A DNA stretch of 64,000 nt from an uncultured Muribaculaceae bacterium. GTDB lineage: Bacteria > Bacteroidota > Bacteroidia > Bacteroidales > UBA932. Each line of letters opens with the position of its first letter. Position 1 is the first letter of the stretch. The notes under the pieces are model-generated. The model did not search any database. It was not told the DNA's origin and saw nothing but the letters and a program-made list of their open reading frames with translations. The stretch spans positions 3,600-67,599 of the forward strand of contig CAZSXE010000004.1 of the NCBI GenBank assembly GCA_964611185.1, in the 5' to 3' direction. This document shows, one piece after another, positions 61,526 through 64,000 of this stretch. The position numbers and the translations under genes were made by a program.

Positions 61526-63625
61526 ATGAAACATTTTATTCTATCTGTATTTACTGCAGTACTTATGCTTATGATATGTAGTTGTGATAAGAATCCCTTG
61601 TTGAAGGAGTGGAATACTCCTTTCGGAATTCCCCCTTTTGAGGAGGTTAAACTCGAACATTATATGCCTGCTTTCTTGAAAGCAATGGAGGTTCACAACA
61701 GTGAAATTGAGGCTATTGCCAATTCCAAGGAGGAGCCTACCTTCGAAAATACCATAGAAGCTTATGATAAATCGGGAGAATTATATACTAAGGTTGCCGT
61801 AGTTTTTTATGGTGAAAGCGGTATTAATTCTACTGAGGAGATTATGAAAATAGGGAAAGAACTTTCCCCGATTGAAAGTCGTCATTTCAGTGAAATAAGC
61901 TTGAATGCTAATCTTTTCAAGAGGATAAAAGCAGTTTATGACAATAGAGCAAACCTTAATCTGAACGAGGATCAGATGAGGCTGCTTACAGAAACTTATA
62001 AAGGTTTTGAACGCTCGGGAGCAGCCCTGCCGGAGGATAAGAAGAATGAATTGAAAGTTGTTGATGAAAAACTTTCAGCTCTCGAACTTACTTTCGAGCA
62101 AAATGTTCTGAAAGAAACTTCCAACTATACTTTGATTGTGGATAATGAGAAAGATCTCTCCGGATTGAGCGAAGCTCAGATTTCAGAGGCCTCTTCAAGG
62201 GCCAAAGCCTCCGGTGTGGAGGGGAAATGGTTTTTTGGTCTTGATAATCCGAGTGTTATCCCTTTCCTTCAATATGCTGACAACAAGGATTTGAGAAAGC
62301 AGATTTTGAATGCGTACTTGAATCGTTGCAATAACGGTAATGAGAATGATAATAAGGAGGTTATTCGAGATCTTGTGAAATATAGATTGAAAAAAGCGCA
62401 GATTATGGGATGGGATGATTATGCTGCATTTGTCCTTGATGACAGAATGGCTAAAACTCCCGAAGCAGTGTATGAACTTCTCGATCAGGTATGGAAGCCT
62501 GCTTTGAAATCGGCAAAAGATGAATTGAAAGATATGACATCTGTAGCTCGCAAATCCGGTTTTGATGGGAAAGAGCTCGATGCTGCCGATTGGAGATATT
62601 ATTTTGAAAAGGCAAAGATTAGCAAGTTTAACCTTACTGATGATCAGTTGAGACCATATTTCCAGCTCGAAAATGTTCGTAATGGTATTTTTTATGTAGC
62701 TAATAAATTATATGGTATTACTTTTACTCAGTTAAATAATGTGCCTCTTCCAAATCCTGAGGCCATTGCTTTTGAGTGTAAAGATGCGGATGGAAGCCAT
62801 CTCGGAGTTATATTTATGGATATGTTTGCCCGTCCCGGCTTTAAGAGGGGGGGAGCATGGTGCAGCGGCTATCGTGAACAGACTTATAAAGATGGGAAAA
62901 GAGTGGCCCCCATTGTTACCATCGTAGGTAATTTTACTCGTCCCATCGGTGAAGATCCTGCCCTTTTGAGTGCCGATGAGACAGAAACTTATTTCCACGA
63001 ATTTGGTCATGCGCTTCAAGGTCTTCTTCAGGATGTTAAATATAACGGCCTTGCAAGAATTACGAGAGATTTTGTGGAGCTTCCTTCTCAGATTATGGAG
63101 CACTGGGCTTTTGAGCCTCAGGTTCTGAAAGAGTATGCCAAGCATTATAAAACCGGAGAATCCATACCGGACGAACTTATCCAAAAACTTGATAAATCAG
63201 GTAAATACGGACAAGGATTTGCCACTGTGGAGTATGTAGCTGCATCGTATCTTGATATGGATTACCATATTTTAAAATCAATACCTGAGGATCTTGATGT
63301 GAATAAGTTTGAAAATACCGTTCTTGGTGAAAGAGGGCTTATCTCTCAGATTCCCTCAAGATACAAGAGTACCTATTTCAGACACACTTTCGGTGGGGGA
63401 TATACAGCGGGTTATTATAGTTATCTTTGGGCTGAAGTTCTCGATGCCGATGCTTATGATGCTTTTGTGGAGACAGGTGATTTTTTTAACCAAACTGTGG
63501 CATCCAAGTTCAGAAATGAAATTCTTGAGAGGGGTGGAGAAGATGATGCTATGACTCTATATGTTAATTTTAGAGGTAAAAAACCCGGTATTGAGCCTTT
63601 ACTTAAAAACAGAGGGCTTAATTAG
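61526..63625 (+). CDS. dcp: M3A-family peptidyl-dipeptidase (Dcp-like), predicted lipoprotein
   Basis: 699 aa. Signal peptide with lipobox LMICSC. HEFGHALQ zinc motif with a downstream E (FVELPSQ). Confidence 0.85.
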   Translation: MKHFILSVFTAVLMLMICSCDKNPLLKEWNTPFGIPPFEEVKLEHYMPAFLKAMEVHNSEIEAIANSKEEPTFENTIEAYDKSGELYTKVAVVFYGESGINSTEEIMKIGKELSPIESRHFSEISLNANLFKRIKAVYDNRANLNLNEDQMRLLTETYKGFERSGAALPEDKKNELKVVDEKLSALELTFEQNVLKETSNYTLIVDNEKDLSGLSEAQISEASSRAKASGVEGKWFFGLDNPSVIPFLQYADNKDLRKQILNAYLNRCNNGNENDNKEVIRDLVKYRLKKAQIMGWDDYAAFVLDDRMAKTPEAVYELLDQVWKPALKSAKDELKDMTSVARKSGFDGKELDAADWRYYFEKAKISKFNLTDDQLRPYFQLENVRNGIFYVANKLYGITFTQLNNVPLPNPEAIAFECKDADGSHLGVIFMDMFARPGFKRGGAWCSGYREQTYKDGKRVAPIVTIVGNFTRPIGEDPALLSADETETYFHEFGHALQGLLQDVKYNGLARITRDFVELPSQIMEHWAFEPQVLKEYAKHYKTGESIPDELIQKLDKSGKYGQGFATVEYVAASYLDMDYHILKSIPEDLDVNKFENTVLGERGLISQIPSRYKSTYFRHTFGGGYTAGYYSYLWAEVLDADAYDAFVETGDFFNQTVASKFRNEILERGGEDDAMTLYVNFRGKKPGIEPLLKNRGLN

Positions 63626-64000
63626 GTGAATGATTTTTTTGAATATTTAGGAGATGGAATAACCGCAGTAAGTGATTTTATTTGCGGTTATCCTCTTTTT
63701 ATACTACTGATAGGAGGTGGTTTATTTTTCCTTTTTTACTCGAAATTTGTCCCTTTAAGGTATTATGGCAGAGCTATAAAGTCTCTTCGCGAGAAGGATG
63801 ATAATGCTCCGGGGCAGATTAGTTCTTTTGAAGCGCTTTCCAGCGCAATAGCAGCGACTGTGGGGATGGGGAATATTGCCGGAGTGGCGATTGCTCTCTC
63901 TATTGGGGGACCCGGTGCTATTTTTTGGATGTGGGTAAGTGCTATTGTGGGGATGGCTACCAAATTCTTCGAGGGTACATTGGCCGTGATGTTCAAGGGA
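63626..64000 (+). CDS. alanine/glycine:cation symporter (AGCS) family transporter, 5' fragment running off the window
   Basis: Open frame from GTG 63626, directly after the dcp TAG, to the window end. Absent from the ORF track. Translation ...GQISSFEALSSAIAATVGMGNIAGVAIALSIGGPGAIFWMWVSAIVGMATKFFEGTLAVMFKG matches the AGCS signature region. Confidence 0.8.
   Translation, partial: MNDFFEYLGDGITAVSDFICGYPLFILLIGGGLFFLFYSKFVPLRYYGRAIKSLREKDDNAPGQISSFEALSSAIAATVGMGNIAGVAIALSIGGPGAIFWMWVSAIVGMATKFFEGTLAVMFKG

Noticed and set aside
63763-63996. 77-aa minus-strand ORF at the window end
   Set aside because: It is a shadow of the plus-strand AGCS transporter fragment, whose translation carries the family signature.
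1-64000. Search for mobile elements, CRISPR arrays, integrases next to tRNA-Thr, toxin-antitoxin pairs and known defence-system domains
   Set aside because: None recognised. Every ORF of 100 aa or more that is not a shadow has a housekeeping, envelope or transport assignment, or is a single hypothetical in an operon. No direct repeats flank the tRNA.

Overview
AT-rich, densely coding (over 90%) chromosomal segment that reads as core genome of a Bacteroidota, probably Bacteroidales-like, bacterium. Support for that: a 286-aa RpoD, TAnnTTTG -7 promoter boxes, and Gln at +1 after nearly every signal peptide alongside a glutaminyl cyclase gene. There is also a small SRP RNA, TonB-dependent/NigD-like/BlaR1-TonB envelope proteins and a Wza/Wzz polysaccharide export block. 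Most genes are housekeeping: pyrG, recR, rpsA, ahcY, corA, mnmA, dnaN, rpoD, htrA, cdd, mltG, murQ. Three RNA genes are not explained by the ORF track: RNase P RNA, SRP RNA and tRNA-Thr(CGU). A TPP riboswitch sits ahead of a TonB-dependent receptor plus PnuC-family transporter. I found no transposase, integrase, phage, CRISPR, toxin-antitoxin or recognisable defence genes, and no unexplained non-coding gap above about 170 nt. I therefore do not think the window holds an obvious novel island. The better leads are small modules. (1) An SRD5A-type reductase operonic with an Old-Yellow-Enzyme reductase, a candidate steroid/bile-acid reductase pair. (2) An orphan TolC gene with a near-consensus sigma-54 promoter and upstream palindromes, divergent from an NtrC-type activator and an intramembrane-type histidine kinase. 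(3) A BlaI repressor with a BlaR1 protease fused to a TonB C-terminal domain. (4) An ECF sigma factor whose partner combines a membrane anchor with a C-terminal outer-membrane beta-barrel. (5) A DnaQ-like exonuclease translationally coupled to a degenerate FAH-fold protein beside dnaN. All family assignments rest on motif recognition from memory; no searches were run.
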